Positions 31,885-42,822 are shown, numbered from the whole stretch's first letter. The stretch is DNA of 61,800 bases, filler included, from Chthonomonadaceae bacterium (GCA_035650735.1; 3 parts of 3 records of this genome joined end to end with filler, not necessarily neighbours in it); one strand, 5' to 3'. The notes: generated by a model not told the origin, from the letters alone. Program-made: numbers and translations.

Positions 31885-32874
31885 TCAGGATCTGCTCTTT
31901 TTGGAAGCTTGCTCCATCAATTGCAGGAACTGATCCCCGTCGGCATAGCCGATATTCTGAAGCAGCACCTTTCCGCTGGCGTTCAGGAAGAGAACCGTAG
32001 GAATCGCCTCGATGTTGTATTTCCGGGCGACTTCGGGCTGCTTGTCAATATTGATGAGTACCGGGACGAATCGCGCAGAATGCTGCACAACGCGCTTATC
32101 CTGGTAGGTCGTCTTGATCATCTCCTGGCAGGGGCCGCACCAATCGGCATAGAAGTCCACGAGGAGCACTTTCCCGTCCCTGGCGGCTATTTTCCGGGCG
32201 CTGTCCAGCGAGTCGTTCCAGGCGATAGGGCCGTGCCCCGTGACGGAGGAGGGACTATCGGCGGTCTGCGCATCCGGAATGTTGAGGTTCAGCGCGGTAT
32301 GCAGGGAGTTGTTAAGCGCCGCCAATCCCCGCTTGTCCGCCATAAGGTTGATGAACTTGGCCTCTACTTTGCGGGCCTTGTACACAAAGACCGTGTTCTT
32401 GATCCTGGGGTCAGTGTTGATCTGATACTCGGCGACCGCTTCATGCCGGGAATTGGGAAGATAGGTCAGAGCGACTTGCTCGATCTTCCTGTCCGCTGCC
32501 AACTTCCTCAGCCGATCTGCCAGGGCCTGGGTCGACTCCCCTTTCGCGTTCATAAAGATGATGAAAGCCTTCATCTTTTGGCCGGTATTGGCTTTGACGG
32601 CGCGCTCCAACGTCTCCGCAATGGCAGCGACGTTCTGCATCGTGTCGGTATTGACCCAGACCTGCACGGCAGGATTGAAAGGATAGTTGCATACCGGGCA
32701 GGTATCCGTATCTTTGTCGGCGCCGGACACATGCGTCGGATGGAAGGCAGGCAACAGACCTCCCTTCTTAATGCCGGATACCAGTTCTTTGTTTGCGGCC
32801 CACCCAAAGGTAACGCTCGCCATAGCCAGCACACTTAACAGTGAGCCAAGCACAATCATGTGCATCTTACGCAT
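31885..32874 (-). CDS. Secreted two-domain thioredoxin-family protein
   Basis: AAGGAG RBS; N-domain TCPVC; C-domain VDFYADWCGPC and IPT cis-Pro motif. Confidence 0.8.
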   Translation of the reverse strand: MRKMHMIVLGSLLSVLAMASVTFGWAANKELVSGIKKGGLLPAFHPTHVSGADKDTDTCPVCNYPFNPAVQVWVNTDTMQNVAAIAETLERAVKANTGQKMKAFIIFMNAKGESTQALADRLRKLAADRKIEQVALTYLPNSRHEAVAEYQINTDPRIKNTVFVYKARKVEAKFINLMADKRGLAALNNSLHTALNLNIPDAQTADSPSSVTGHGPIAWNDSLDSARKIAARDGKVLLVDFYADWCGPCQEMIKTTYQDKRVVQHSARFVPVLINIDKQPEVARKYNIEAIPTVLFLNASGKVLLQNIGYADGDQFLQLMEQASKKSRS

Positions 32875-33024
32875 TACTCTTCTCCTTACTGTTTGCCAAC
32901 GGCAGAGACCGGCTCTGCCTCTCAGCGGCCTCAGGCTCAAAGCGCATAAAGATTGCTGCTCTTGACCAGTACGCAGAGGGAGCGCGGGAAATTTTGCGCG
33001 CCCTAATTTAATGCGATAGAGCGT

Positions 33025-33627
33025 TCAGAGACGCTTGCTGTAGCGCTGCTGAAGCATGGCCCGCACCGACCGTTCCCGGCCATCGGCCTGACCCTGGGGG
33101 TGCGGGCCCAGATAGACGACATAGACGACCTGCTCCTGCCTATCTACGCAGTAACGGAGCCGATAGTCGTCGGGCAGATCAATTTGATACAGACTGCGAT
33201 CCGGCAGCTTCTTGATCTTGTAGGTTCCCAGACGCGCCGGGTCGTGTGGAGTCATCGCCAGAAACCCGGTGAGGAGTTCCTGAACGGCCTTCTGGACGCC
33301 TTGCGCCGCGCGCCGTACTGTCCGGAGGTCCTGCGGGCGCACTTCCACCCGAAAGGCTGCCGCTTCGGTCGGCAGGGCGGCGTCTAGCAGCGGCCCCGGC
33401 CATCCGGCGCGCTCCGCGTATTCCGTCAGAACCTCCTCAAGCTCCCGCACATCCAGCGGTTCGCCCGTCTCCTCCGGTTCGGCAAGAAGCTGTGCGAGGT
33501 CAGAGCAGAGCCAGTTATGTTCCTCCGGCGACAACTGCCTGGCCCAGGGAAACAGGTCAGGCTCCATGTCACTCTCCAGGAGGAAGCCGTTAAGCCAGTT
33601 ACGAAACGCGACCGTGTCCAGTGCCAT
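33025..33627 (-). CDS. Hypothetical protein with C-terminal RelE/ParE-like domain
   Basis: C-half IKKL...YQIDLPDDYRLRYCVD..EQVVYVVYLGPHP; acidic helical N-half. Confidence 0.6.
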   Translation of the reverse strand: MALDTVAFRNWLNGFLLESDMEPDLFPWARQLSPEEHNWLCSDLAQLLAEPEETGEPLDVRELEEVLTEYAERAGWPGPLLDAALPTEAAAFRVEVRPQDLRTVRRAAQGVQKAVQELLTGFLAMTPHDPARLGTYKIKKLPDRSLYQIDLPDDYRLRYCVDRQEQVVYVVYLGPHPQGQADGRERSVRAMLQQRYSKRL

Positions 33628-33657
33628 CGTCCGCTCCCTGAGTTTCCAGAACCAGCC

Positions 33658-36043
33658 TCAGAAGTCGTGCTGCACGAAGGCATCCAGGCGATGGTCCGTG
33701 CCGGTCGCCAACCCCTTGTACTGGGTTGTCCAGAACAGATAGTTCAGGCCGACGCTGGTGTTGCCTCCAATCCGCCAGCGGTTGGCAAGATAGATGGCAT
33801 CATTCCGGGTGCGCCCACCCGCCGGTATATCTCGGACATTGGGGCTATCCAGGGTGTAGCCCAGCGCGATCCGGTAGAGCCGCGTCGGCTGAAAGCCGGC
33901 CTCCACCCACCCACCGGAGGAGCGGATCGGCAGCCCGGTGGTGGGATTGACGCCCTGGCCGATGCCGCCCCGGAAGTCGCTCAGGTTCTGCCCGGTCCAG
34001 AGTTCGCCGCGCAGGTCCCAGCGGGCGGTGGGCTGCCACAGCAAGTCCAGGCCGATGCTATAACCGGGAAAACTCCCCTGCCCGGCTACCATTTTGGTAG
34101 CCGTCTCCCAGGCATAATGTCCCCACACGCCGGCGCTGGCTGTTCTGCTCTTCCAGCCCAGGCGCATCTGGACGTTGGGCAGACCGCTATCCTCGCCGTC
34201 CCGGATGCCGTTAGTATCTAAATCCTGGTTATCTACCGCGCTCGCCAGTCCGACGCCGAAAGCCAGGTTGAAGGGGCTGGTGGTCGGATCATAGGCGTAG
34301 CGAATCTGCGGACGGCGGTCGCCGAGGTTGCCCGCGTTCCACATGAGCGTATCGTCGTTCGGGGAGGGGTAGAGGGGCGAGATGATGTCCCAGGTCTGCC
34401 CCAACAGCAGACTGCTCGCCCCGCGCTGCAACTGCAAGTAGGCGTGGCGGATACGCAGCAGCGGGCGCGACTCGGGGGTCAGGCCGCTGCCGTTCTGCCA
34501 GTCCATCTCAAACTTGCCGGTTATGTTGTAGCCCTTGAGCGTATCCGGGGGAGCGGCAAAGTTGAGGCCTAAGCGGGTCAGGCGAGGATGAAGGGTCAGA
34601 ACGCTGTTGCCTGCCCGGGTGACGTTGGGGCTGCTGGGCGACTGGACAAAGAAGGGGGTCTGGCTATTATTGGTGGCCCCGCTGTCCCAGATGGTATCCA
34701 GGCGCAGGAACCCGTAGACGCTGACGCGCTCCCGGCTGGCGACCGTCGGTATGGTGGGCGGCTTGGCCGGCGGAGCGGGGAGCGGGCCAACCTGCTGCCG
34801 CAGTTGGGCAATCTCCTGGCGCTGCTCCTCCACCAGACGCCGGAGCTCGTCTATCTGCTGCTGCAAGTCCTGCCGGGCCGGATCTGCAAGGGCAGCGGCA
34901 GCACCGGCTGAGGAGGAAACCGGAGAAGAGGACGTAGCCTGCGCCTGCGGGGCCGGGCTTGCAGCGGCAGCGGAGGCCGCTTCCTTACGGCGGAAACTGA
35001 GCTCCCACTTGGCCTCCACCGGCTTGCCGTCGGCCTCGGCATAGGGATAGATGAAGTAGTTGAGCGGGCCGGCCTTCTGCGGCGGATCGAGCGTAATGTC
35101 CCGCCCGCACGACATCACGACGGCGGAGCGCGCCAGCACCAGGTTGCCGAACAGGTAGTCTCTTACCTCCGGCTTGCCGGAATCCAGCCAGCGGCGGGCG
35201 TCGGAAGCGTCGAGGGGAACCCAGCCCTGCGTGGGGTCGCGGAACCAGGTCCAGCAGTGATAGCCGCCGATCGTGCCCTCTTTGGGCAGGGGATCGGGAA
35301 CGGGAATGCCGGTGAGGGGGAAACCGAACTCCAGCACGGCGGGAATGTGCAGGCTGCGTGCCAGGGAGATGATGTAGCTATGCAGGTCGGAGCAGTTGCC
35401 CTTCTTGTAATCGCACACAAAGGCGACATCGCCCTGGGCATATTTGGGCGATTCCTTTTTGTAGTCATACTGCATGGTCGCCACGACATGATCGAAGATG
35501 GCATGCACCTGATCGAGCGACGTGGTCTTCCCGGCAGTCACTTCATGCGCGATCTGGCCGTAACGTCCGCCAATCGGAACCTTCTTGTCCGGCTCCAGCA
35601 GGCGGCGTACCTCTTCTGATTCTAAAGCGTCTTTTGGCACCGGGTTTTCGGCGGTAATGCCGGGCTTGCCCAGTACTTCTACCGCCTTGCGCGTTACCGT
35701 AAAGCGGACGTTGACCGTCAACGGCGCTTGCGGCTTCTCGACATGGAGGTAGACCATGCGGTTGCCGAACTTCGGCTCCCGGGCCTCCCGATACGGAACG
35801 GGACTGCTTACTTCCAGTGTCACGAACGGCCTGCCATTGGCTGTCGGAGGGTATGGGCAGCCAGATATCTAGCGCCTTCGCGTTTTCCGGCACAGCAGGA
35901 ACGCTAGCTTTGTAGGTAAACTCCGTGGTGAGGACGTTGGGGGCAGGCGGGGGCGTCTGTGGGTTTGCCGTGACGCGACACGCCGATGCCACCAGTGCCA
36001 GCGCGCTCAGGGCGCGCAGCCATTGCGGCTTCATTGGGATCAT
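33658..36043 (-). CDS. Transglutaminase-like domain fused to coiled-coil + DcaP-like outer-membrane porin; one frameshift near 35820
   Basis: AAGGAGG RBS, signal peptide and IWLPIP in ORF 35543..36043; removing 1 nt joins it to GNCSDLHS/YHCW/WVPLDASD, then [27 protein letters not shown] and terminal F. Confidence 0.7.
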
Positions 36044-36101
36044 AGCCTCCTTTATCCAGGTTTTTTGAGGCCGCTGCCAGCGGCCAGATCTGCGCTCAGT
36101 G

Positions 36102-36212
36102 TCAGATCGCAGGCATAACCTCAGGCAACCAGGACGGCATCCAGGTCAAAGCCGTCTCGAAGGCGCCATCCAGCCGCAATCGGACTGTGTTCGGCGTGTC
36201 GTTACCAGCCAT
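36102..36212 (-). CDS. 36-aa peptide ORF upstream of the transglutaminase-porin gene (not in ORF track)
   Basis: AAGGAGGTGA RBS; MAGNDTPNTVRLRLDGAFETALTWMPSWLPEVMPAI*. Confidence 0.5.
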   Translation of the reverse strand: MAGNDTPNTVRLRLDGAFETALTWMPSWLPEVMPAI

Positions 36213-36330
36213 ATTTCTCACCTCCTTTCCTTCTGGACTGGGATATAACCTATTACTAAATTCCAGGCAAAGAATCCTCTTATGCTCTTATGCTTTTTTA
36301 TGCGGCCTTCAACAGACCTCACCCCCAGCC

Positions 36331-36444
36331 CCTCGTTAGGGTGTAGGGGATAGGGTGTGGGGAGTAGGGTTGCATCTTCCGCCGCCTATACAGAAGTCTG
36401 GTATGCCTCGTTAGGGTGTAGGGGATAGGGTGTGGGGAGTAGGG
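36331..36444. repeat. Two identical 39-nt TAGGG-rich direct repeats
   Basis: CCTCGTTAGGGTGTAGGGGATAGGGTGTGGGGAGTAGGG at 36331-36369 and 36406-36444. Confidence 0.85.
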
Positions 36445-36583
36445 GCGCCCTCCCCCCTATCCCCACTGCAAAGGTCGGGGCTACAATGATTCGCCCCTCC
36501 GCCTTGCGACCCCCGGCGCTGGGGGAGAGGGGGAACCGAGAAGCCGGGTTCCCATTCTCAAGGAGAGGGGAACGGTGGTGGCG

Positions 36584-39385
36584 TCAGCCTGTATTTCTGA
36601 GACCTGCCGCGATGCCGTTGATAGTGGCGGCCAGGGCGTAGTTAAGCTCCTCGCTCTCCTCTCCGGCCCGCTTGCGGCGCAGCAGGTCCACCTGAATCAG
36701 GCTCATGGGGTCCACGTAGGGATTGCGCAGACGGATGGAGCGGGCCAGCACCGGATTGGTTTCCAACAGGCAGGATTGCTTGGTAATACGCAGCACCACA
36801 CGCAGCGTCCGCTGAAACTCCTCGGTGATCAAGGCGAAGACGCGCTCGCGCAGAGCGGCGTCCGCGACCAGATCGGCGTAGCGGCGCGCGATGCTCAGAT
36901 CGGCCTTTGCTATCCCAAGCTCGACGTTGCGGATCATATCTTCAAAGAGTGGGAACTGCCGCATCATGGTTTGCAGCAGCGCCTCGCGCCGGGGATCGGC
37001 CTGAAGGAACCGCTCCAGCGCATAGCCCACGCCGAACCAGCCGGGCAGGACGTGGCGGCTCTGCATCCAGCCGAAGACCCAGGGAATGGCGCGCAGGTCT
37101 TCCAGGCCGCGCCGCTGGCTGCGGCGGACGGGCCGTGAGCCGATGCGGGCGTGTTCTAGCTCCCGCACTGGCGTCGCCTCCTCAAAGTAGGGCAGGATAT
37201 CCGGGTTCTGGGCGATCTGAGCGCGGTAATAGGCGAACGCCTCTGCAGAGAGGGCCTCCATCGCCGCCTCCCACTCCGGCTCGATCCGAGCGCCCCACCC
37301 TTCGGAGCGGGTCAACGCCTCCAGCGAGGCCGCCACCATCAGTTCCAGGTTCCGCTCGGCGACCACGGCGTCGGCGTACTTCCAGTTAAGCACCTCGCCC
37401 TGCTCGGTGATCTTGACCTGGCCCAGGAACGCGCCGGGAGGCTGCGCGGTGAGGGCGCGATGGGTCGGCCCGCCGCCGCGTCCCACCGTCCCGCCGCGCC
37501 CGTGAAACAGCCGCAGCTTGACGCCGCACTCTTCGGCGACCCGGTGCAGCGCGCGGTGCGCCTTGAAGATCTCCCAGGTGCTGGTGAGCATGCCGCCGTC
37601 CTTATTGGAGTCGGAGTAGCCCAGCATCACCTCCTGCCAGCGCCCCCAGGCATCGAGCAGCGGCGCGTAGTCTGGAGAGGTCCACAGCGCGCGGCAGATG
37701 TCCGGGCAGTGGCGCAGGTCCTCGATGGACTCAAAGAGCGGCACGGGCATCAGCCCCGGATCGGGGCTGGCTTCCGGCGCTACGCCCACGCCGTTGATCT
37801 GGGCCAGCCAGACCGCCGCGAGGATGTCCTCCACGCAGCGCGCCCCGCTGATGACGTAGCTGCGGAGGGACTGCGGCGGGTAGATGCGTTTCAACTGCGC
37901 CACCGTCCGCAGCGCTTCCATCAGATCGGCGGTCTCGGGCGAGGGCGGCGCGGGCAGCGCCGTCGCGCCTTCCCTCTCCAGGCTCGCTCCTGCCGATAGT
38001 TCCGCTACGGCTCTGGCATGCACTTTCGCGTGCTGGCGGATATCGAGCGTGTGCAGGTGAAAGCCGAAGGTATCTATCTGGCGCAGCAGCGGGTCGAGCA
38101 GCACGCGCGCCATGCGCTCTCCACAATGGGCGCGCAGGCTCTCGCGCATGAGGGCGACATCGGCCTGGAAGGCGGCGGCGTCCGGATAGGCATCCGCACG
38201 GCGGGGAAGCTTACGCGCGGCGGACAGGCGGTGCAGCACGTAGACCAGGAAGCGGCGATAGATCTCATCCTCGTTGCGCGCCCGAATCTCCGCCTCCGTC
38301 AGTCGGATGGAGGCAGCGTAGCGCTCCAGGGCTTCCCTCAGCTCCGGACTGACGCCGGCCTGCTGCACGGAAGGGCTGAGCAGCTCGATTAGATGCTCCA
38401 CCGCGCCGATGTAGTGGGTCAAAATCGTCTGGCGGGCCAGTTCCAGGGCCTGCTCGGTGCTTTCCGGGGTCACGAAGGGATTGCCGTCCCGGTCGCCGCC
38501 GATCCAGGAGCCGAAGCGCACGACGGTCGGCAGTTCGCCCGGCGCAAGGTCCACGTCATAGACGCGGCGGAAGGCGTCGGCGATCTCCTCGTAGAGCCAG
38601 GGCAGCGTCTCGATCAGGCCGCTGGAGAAGTAATCCAGCCCCATGCGGATCTCGTCCCGCACGGTGGGACGGCGGCGGCGCACCTCGTCGGTCTGCCAGA
38701 GCGCGGCGATGTCGGCGGCGATGGCCGCCTGGCGCTCTGCCGCCTCCCAGTCGGTCAGGGGCAGCCAATCGATCTGCTCCAGCTGCCGGGCGATGCGCCG
38801 CCGCTTGAAGAGCACCGTACGCCGCGCCGCCTCCGTTGGGTGCGCGGTGAAGACGGGGATCACCTCGATGCGCCGCAGCCATTCCAGCGCCGCCTCCGGC
38901 CCGATTCCGGCGCGCTGCATCCGCTGCAAGGTGCCGCGAAAAGACCCGGCGGGCGGCGGCTTCTCCAGAGAGACGCGGGCGGCGCGCAGGCGGCGCTTGC
39001 GATGATTGTTCTCGGCCAGATTGGTCAACTCGAAATAGATGGCGAAGGCTTTGGTCACGCGATATGCCTGCGCGAGCGTAAGCCCGCGAATGATGGTTTC
39101 AAAGCTTGCCATGAGCTCGCCGTCGCCCGACGGTGAGGCCGCTCCGGGCGCCTCACACGGCACCTCTGGCGCTTCCCGGTGCCGGATCGCCAACTGCCGC
39201 AATTGCTCGACCACATCAAACAGGCCGCGCCCACCCTGCTCGGCCAGGATCTCGCCCAGCAGCCGCCCCAGCGAGCGTACATCCCGGCGCAGAGGCACTT
39301 CCTTTAATTCCGGGTCGTCGGTAAGCAGTTCCGCCAGCCGCTCCTGCTGATCGGTTACGCCCCACAAAGGTTTCTCGACCGCCAT
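36584..39385 (-). CDS. ppc: Phosphoenolpyruvate carboxylase
   Basis: VFTAHPTE, GSWIGGDRDGNPFVT, QEVMLGYSDSNKDGG, FHGRGGTVGRGGGP, LRAIPWVF, GLRNTG terminus. Confidence 0.97.
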   Translation of the reverse strand: MAVEKPLWGVTDQQERLAELLTDDPELKEVPLRRDVRSLGRLLGEILAEQGGRGLFDVVEQLRQLAIRHREAPEVPCEAPGAASPSGDGELMASFETIIRGLTLAQAYRVTKAFAIYFELTNLAENNHRKRRLRAARVSLEKPPPAGSFRGTLQRMQRAGIGPEAALEWLRRIEVIPVFTAHPTEAARRTVLFKRRRIARQLEQIDWLPLTDWEAAERQAAIAADIAALWQTDEVRRRRPTVRDEIRMGLDYFSSGLIETLPWLYEEIADAFRRVYDVDLAPGELPTVVRFGSWIGGDRDGNPFVTPESTEQALELARQTILTHYIGAVEHLIELLSPSVQQAGVSPELREALERYAASIRLTEAEIRARNEDEIYRRFLVYVLHRLSAARKLPRRADAYPDAAAFQADVALMRESLRAHCGERMARVLLDPLLRQIDTFGFHLHTLDIRQHAKVHARAVAELSAGASLEREGATALPAPPSPETADLMEALRTVAQLKRIYPPQSLRSYVISGARCVEDILAAVWLAQINGVGVAPEASPDPGLMPVPLFESIEDLRHCPDICRALWTSPDYAPLLDAWGRWQEVMLGYSDSNKDGGMLTSTWEIFKAHRALHRVAEECGVKLRLFHGRGGTVGRGGGPTHRALTAQPPGAFLGQVKITEQGEVLNWKYADAVVAERNLELMVAASLEALTRSEGWGARIEPEWEAAMEALSAEAFAYYRAQIAQNPDILPYFEEATPVRELEHARIGSRPVRRSQRRGLEDLRAIPWVFGWMQSRHVLPGWFGVGYALERFLQADPRREALLQTMMRQFPLFEDMIRNVELGIAKADLSIARRYADLVADAALRERVFALITEEFQRTLRVVLRITKQSCLLETNPVLARSIRLRNPYVDPMSLIQVDLLRRKRAGEESEELNYALAATINGIAAGLRNTG

Positions 39386-39628
39386 ACGCCAATCACCCCT
39401 TTTCGCTGTCACTGTCTACTATGATACCTTCGCTGCTAAATCTTCCGTACCACGCGGCAAAATAGGATGCTCCCGCTACCGGAAAATGCCAGCAGAAGCT
39501 ATCCCGTACTCCCTATAGACGCCAGAACAAACGAAAAGGAACTCCCTTCTATTTCGCCGAAGTGGGCGACGTGATTATCTCCTGTTGGGCGGCGGGGACA
39601 AAAGCACCCAAGGAAAGGTAATAAGGCC

Positions 39629-40558
39629 ATGCGGCATCGCATAGAAACCACTGTCTCCAACTTGCAGGGCTGCTTCAGCCGAGATCGCGCTCCTATCCTG
39701 ACGGTGGAATCCGGGGATACAATTATCTGCCGCACGCTGGACGCAGGCTGGGGTTTGGATCCGTTCGCTGAGGATGCAGGAGCCAAGCGCATTCCTCTTG
39801 AGAGCCGTAAGGACCCGGTCCATGATAGGGGGCACTGTCTGGTCGGTCCCATCGCCGTGCGTGGAGCGCAACCCGGTCAGACACTCGAAGTGCAGCTTCA
39901 GGAGATCGTCCCGGAGGCCGTCGGCATGACCTGGGTAGGCGAGGTGAAAGAGTTCCTGCCTCGCCTGGGCGTCGAAGAGTTCTATGGGATCGGCTGGCGC
40001 ATAGATTGGGAGGGCCGAACGGCGCGCAGCGCCTCCGGCCATAGCGTGGCGGTTGCGCCCTTCTTAGGCGTCATGGGAGTAGCGCCCGCAGCGCCGGGCG
40101 TTCATCCGACGCGCCCTCCGCGTCGCGTTGGCGGCAACATGGATTGCAAAGAACTCACAGCCGGAAGTGCGCTATATCTGCCCATCGAGGTTCCCAGCGC
40201 GCTGTTCTCGTTTGGAGATGGACATGCCGCCCAGGGGGACGGCGAGGTGGGGGGAACGGCCATTGAATGCGGGATGCAGCGCATCGAGTTAAGCCTGACG
40301 GTCCGGGATACGCCTTCTATTGACTGGCCGCAAGCCGATACCCCGGCTGGCTGGCTTACGTTCGGCTTTGATGAGAACCTGGAAAGCGCGACGGTCATTG
40401 CCCTTAACGCCATGTTGGACCTGCTGGTGCAACGTCTGACCATTTCCCGCCCCGAAGCCCTGGCTCTGGCAAGTGTGGCCGTAGACTTGCGCGTGACGCA
40501 AATAGCAAATGGAACGCTCGGCGTTCATGCACGACTGCCCCACAATGCCATCACATAA
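39629..40558 (+). CDS. Acetamidase/formamidase family protein
   Basis: GHCLVGPIAV.GA.PG, PFLGVMGVAP, GGNMDCKEL, GDGHAAQGDGEVGGTAIEC. Confidence 0.92.
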   Translation: MRHRIETTVSNLQGCFSRDRAPILTVESGDTIICRTLDAGWGLDPFAEDAGAKRIPLESRKDPVHDRGHCLVGPIAVRGAQPGQTLEVQLQEIVPEAVGMTWVGEVKEFLPRLGVEEFYGIGWRIDWEGRTARSASGHSVAVAPFLGVMGVAPAAPGVHPTRPPRRVGGNMDCKELTAGSALYLPIEVPSALFSFGDGHAAQGDGEVGGTAIECGMQRIELSLTVRDTPSIDWPQADTPAGWLTFGFDENLESATVIALNAMLDLLVQRLTISRPEALALASVAVDLRVTQIANGTLGVHARLPHNAIT

Positions 40559-40740
40559 GGCATGATCTCTTCTGTTTCCTAAGCTTATCCCTGGTACGGT
40601 GTGTGGTTCATCCGCCCTTTGCCATGCGGACGTGAATGCCAGCCGACGTAGTATTTTAGCGGCGCAGCCATGTCGGAACGTATCCAGAGGACGCCGCGTA
40701 AAAGCAGGAAGAACGGGCACGCTCAGGAAAGGATACGACC

Positions 40741-42822
40741 ATGACCGCGCCAAAGCATACCAACCGGCTGGCGCAAGAGACCAGCCCCTATCTGTTGCAG
40801 CACGCCCATAATCCCGTGGACTGGTATCCCTGGGGCGAGGAGGCGTTCGCGCGGGCGCGCGCCGAAAACAAGCCCATCCTGCTCTCAGTGGGGTATTCGG
40901 CCTGCCACTGGTGCCACGTCATGGAGCGCGAAAGCTTTGAGGACGAGACCATCGCCGCGCAGATGAACCGGGACTTCATCAATATCAAGGTGGACCGCGA
41001 GGAGCGCCCGGATGTAGATGCCATCTATATGAACGCCGTTCAGTTGCTGACCCAACATGGCGGCTGGCCCATGACGGTCTTCCTCACGCCGGAGGGCAAG
41101 CCGTTCTACGGCGGCACCTACTACCCGCCCGAAGACCGCTACGGGGTTCCCGGCTTTCCGCGCGTGCTGGAGGCCGTCGCTACCGCCTGGAAGACGCAGC
41201 GCGCCCAGGTCGAGCAGCAGAGCGATGCCATTACCCGCCATCTGGAGGAGAGCACCGATCTGGCGCAAGGGCAGCCGGAGATGATCCTGACGCCCACCCT
41301 GCTGGAGCGCGCCTTTAATGCCTTTTCCCAACATTTCGACGCGCGCAACGGCGGCTTTGGGCACGCGCCCAAGTTCCCCCAGCCTTCCAATCTGGATTTT
41401 CTGCTGCGCTCCCACGCCCGCAGCCAGCGCCAGGAGCCGCTGGCGATGGTGGAAAAGACGCTACAGCGCATGGCGCTGGGTGGCATCTACGACCAGTTAG
41501 GCGGCGGCTTCCATCGTTATAGCACGGATGCCGTTTGGCTGGTGCCCCACTTCGAGAAGATGCTCTACGACAACGCGCAGTTGGCCCAGGTCTACGCCCG
41601 CTGCTACCAGGCTACCGGCAGGCCGTTCTATCGCGGCGTGGCCGAGGAGATCCTGGAATATGTCCTGCGCGAAATGACCGGCCCGGAGGGCGGCTTCTAC
41701 TCCGCCCAGGACGCCGACAGCGAGGGCGTGGAGGGCAAGTTCTTCGTCTGGACGCCGGAGGAGATCAAGGCGGCGCTGGGGGAGCGCGATGGGGAGGTCT
41801 TCTGCGCCTTCTACGACGTGACGCCGCACGGCAACTGGGAGGAGGGCAGGAGCATCCTGCACGTCGCCCGGGATGTCCCGGAGGTGGCGCGGCAGTTCCA
41901 CTTGAGTGAGGAGGAGGCGGCAGCCATCCTGGATAGGGGCCGGGAAACGCTCTTTGCCGTCCGGGCAAAGCGCGTGCCGCCCGGCCTGGACGATAAAGTG
42001 CTCACCTCCTGGAACGGCCTGATGCTGGCCGCGTTTGCCGAATGCGCCGCCGTCTTCGACCGCGACGACTTCGCCGAGGCCGCCGTGCGCAACGCCGAGT
42101 TCGTACAGCAATATTTGACGACGACCGACGCCGCAGGCCGCACCCGCCTGCTCCACACCTACCGCAACGGGGAAGCCAAGCTCAACGGCTATCTGGAAGA
42201 CTACGCTTTCTATGCTGATGGGCTGCTGTGGCTCTACGAGGCGACGTTCGATGTCCGGTGGCTGGATTGGGCCCGCGCGCTCGTGGAGACCATACTGGCC
42301 TACTTCTGGGATGAAGAGAGCGCCGGCTTCTTCACGACCAGCACCGACCATGAGGCCCTGCTCCAGCGCCTCAAAGATTGGGATGACAGCGCCGTCCCCA
42401 GCGGCAACTCGGTCGCCGTAGGTGTCCTGCTGCGGCTGGCCGCGCTGATGGGCGACGACGCGCTGCGGCAGCGTGCGGCCCGCGTACTTCGCGCGATTGG
42501 CCCGGCGATGGAAAAGATCCCGACGGCCTTTGCCCGGATGCTCGGCGCGCTGGACTTCTACCTCGCCACGCCCAAAGAGATCGCTCTTATCGGCAGCCCC
42601 TCCGACCCGGCAACTCAGAGCCTGCTCCAGACACTCTACGCGCGCTACCTGCCCAACAAGGTCGTGGCCCTTGCCGCCAGCCCGGACTCCGTGCCGTCTA
42701 TCCCGCTCCTGGCCGACCGGCCCCTGCGCGACGGCAAGCCTACCGCCTACATCTGCGAGCACTTCGCCTGCAAGGAGCCCGTCACCGACCCACAGGCCCT
42801 CGCCCATCAACTCGCTGCCTAA
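40741..42822 (+). CDS. Thioredoxin-domain protein YyaL/DUF255 (SSP411 family)
   Basis: [62 protein letters not shown]. Confidence 0.95.
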   Translation: MTAPKHTNRLAQETSPYLLQHAHNPVDWYPWGEEAFARARAENKPILLSVGYSACHWCHVMERESFEDETIAAQMNRDFINIKVDREERPDVDAIYMNAVQLLTQHGGWPMTVFLTPEGKPFYGGTYYPPEDRYGVPGFPRVLEAVATAWKTQRAQVEQQSDAITRHLEESTDLAQGQPEMILTPTLLERAFNAFSQHFDARNGGFGHAPKFPQPSNLDFLLRSHARSQRQEPLAMVEKTLQRMALGGIYDQLGGGFHRYSTDAVWLVPHFEKMLYDNAQLAQVYARCYQATGRPFYRGVAEEILEYVLREMTGPEGGFYSAQDADSEGVEGKFFVWTPEEIKAALGERDGEVFCAFYDVTPHGNWEEGRSILHVARDVPEVARQFHLSEEEAAAILDRGRETLFAVRAKRVPPGLDDKVLTSWNGLMLAAFAECAAVFDRDDFAEAAVRNAEFVQQYLTTTDAAGRTRLLHTYRNGEAKLNGYLEDYAFYADGLLWLYEATFDVRWLDWARALVETILAYFWDEESAGFFTTSTDHEALLQRLKDWDDSAVPSGNSVAVGVLLRLAALMGDDALRQRAARVLRAIGPAMEKIPTAFARMLGALDFYLATPKEIALIGSPSDPATQSLLQTLYARYLPNKVVALAASPDSVPSIPLLADRPLRDGKPTAYICEHFACKEPVTDPQALAHQLAA

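Noticed and set aside
35815..35825. Programmed frameshifting at 35820 or 55771
   Set aside because: No recognisable slippery heptamer or stimulatory element; mutation or assembly error is simpler.
36331..36444. 39-nt repeat / 36-nt spacer as a CRISPR array
   Set aside because: Low-complexity TAGGG heptamers with no palindrome or known repeat terminus, embedded in a REP.
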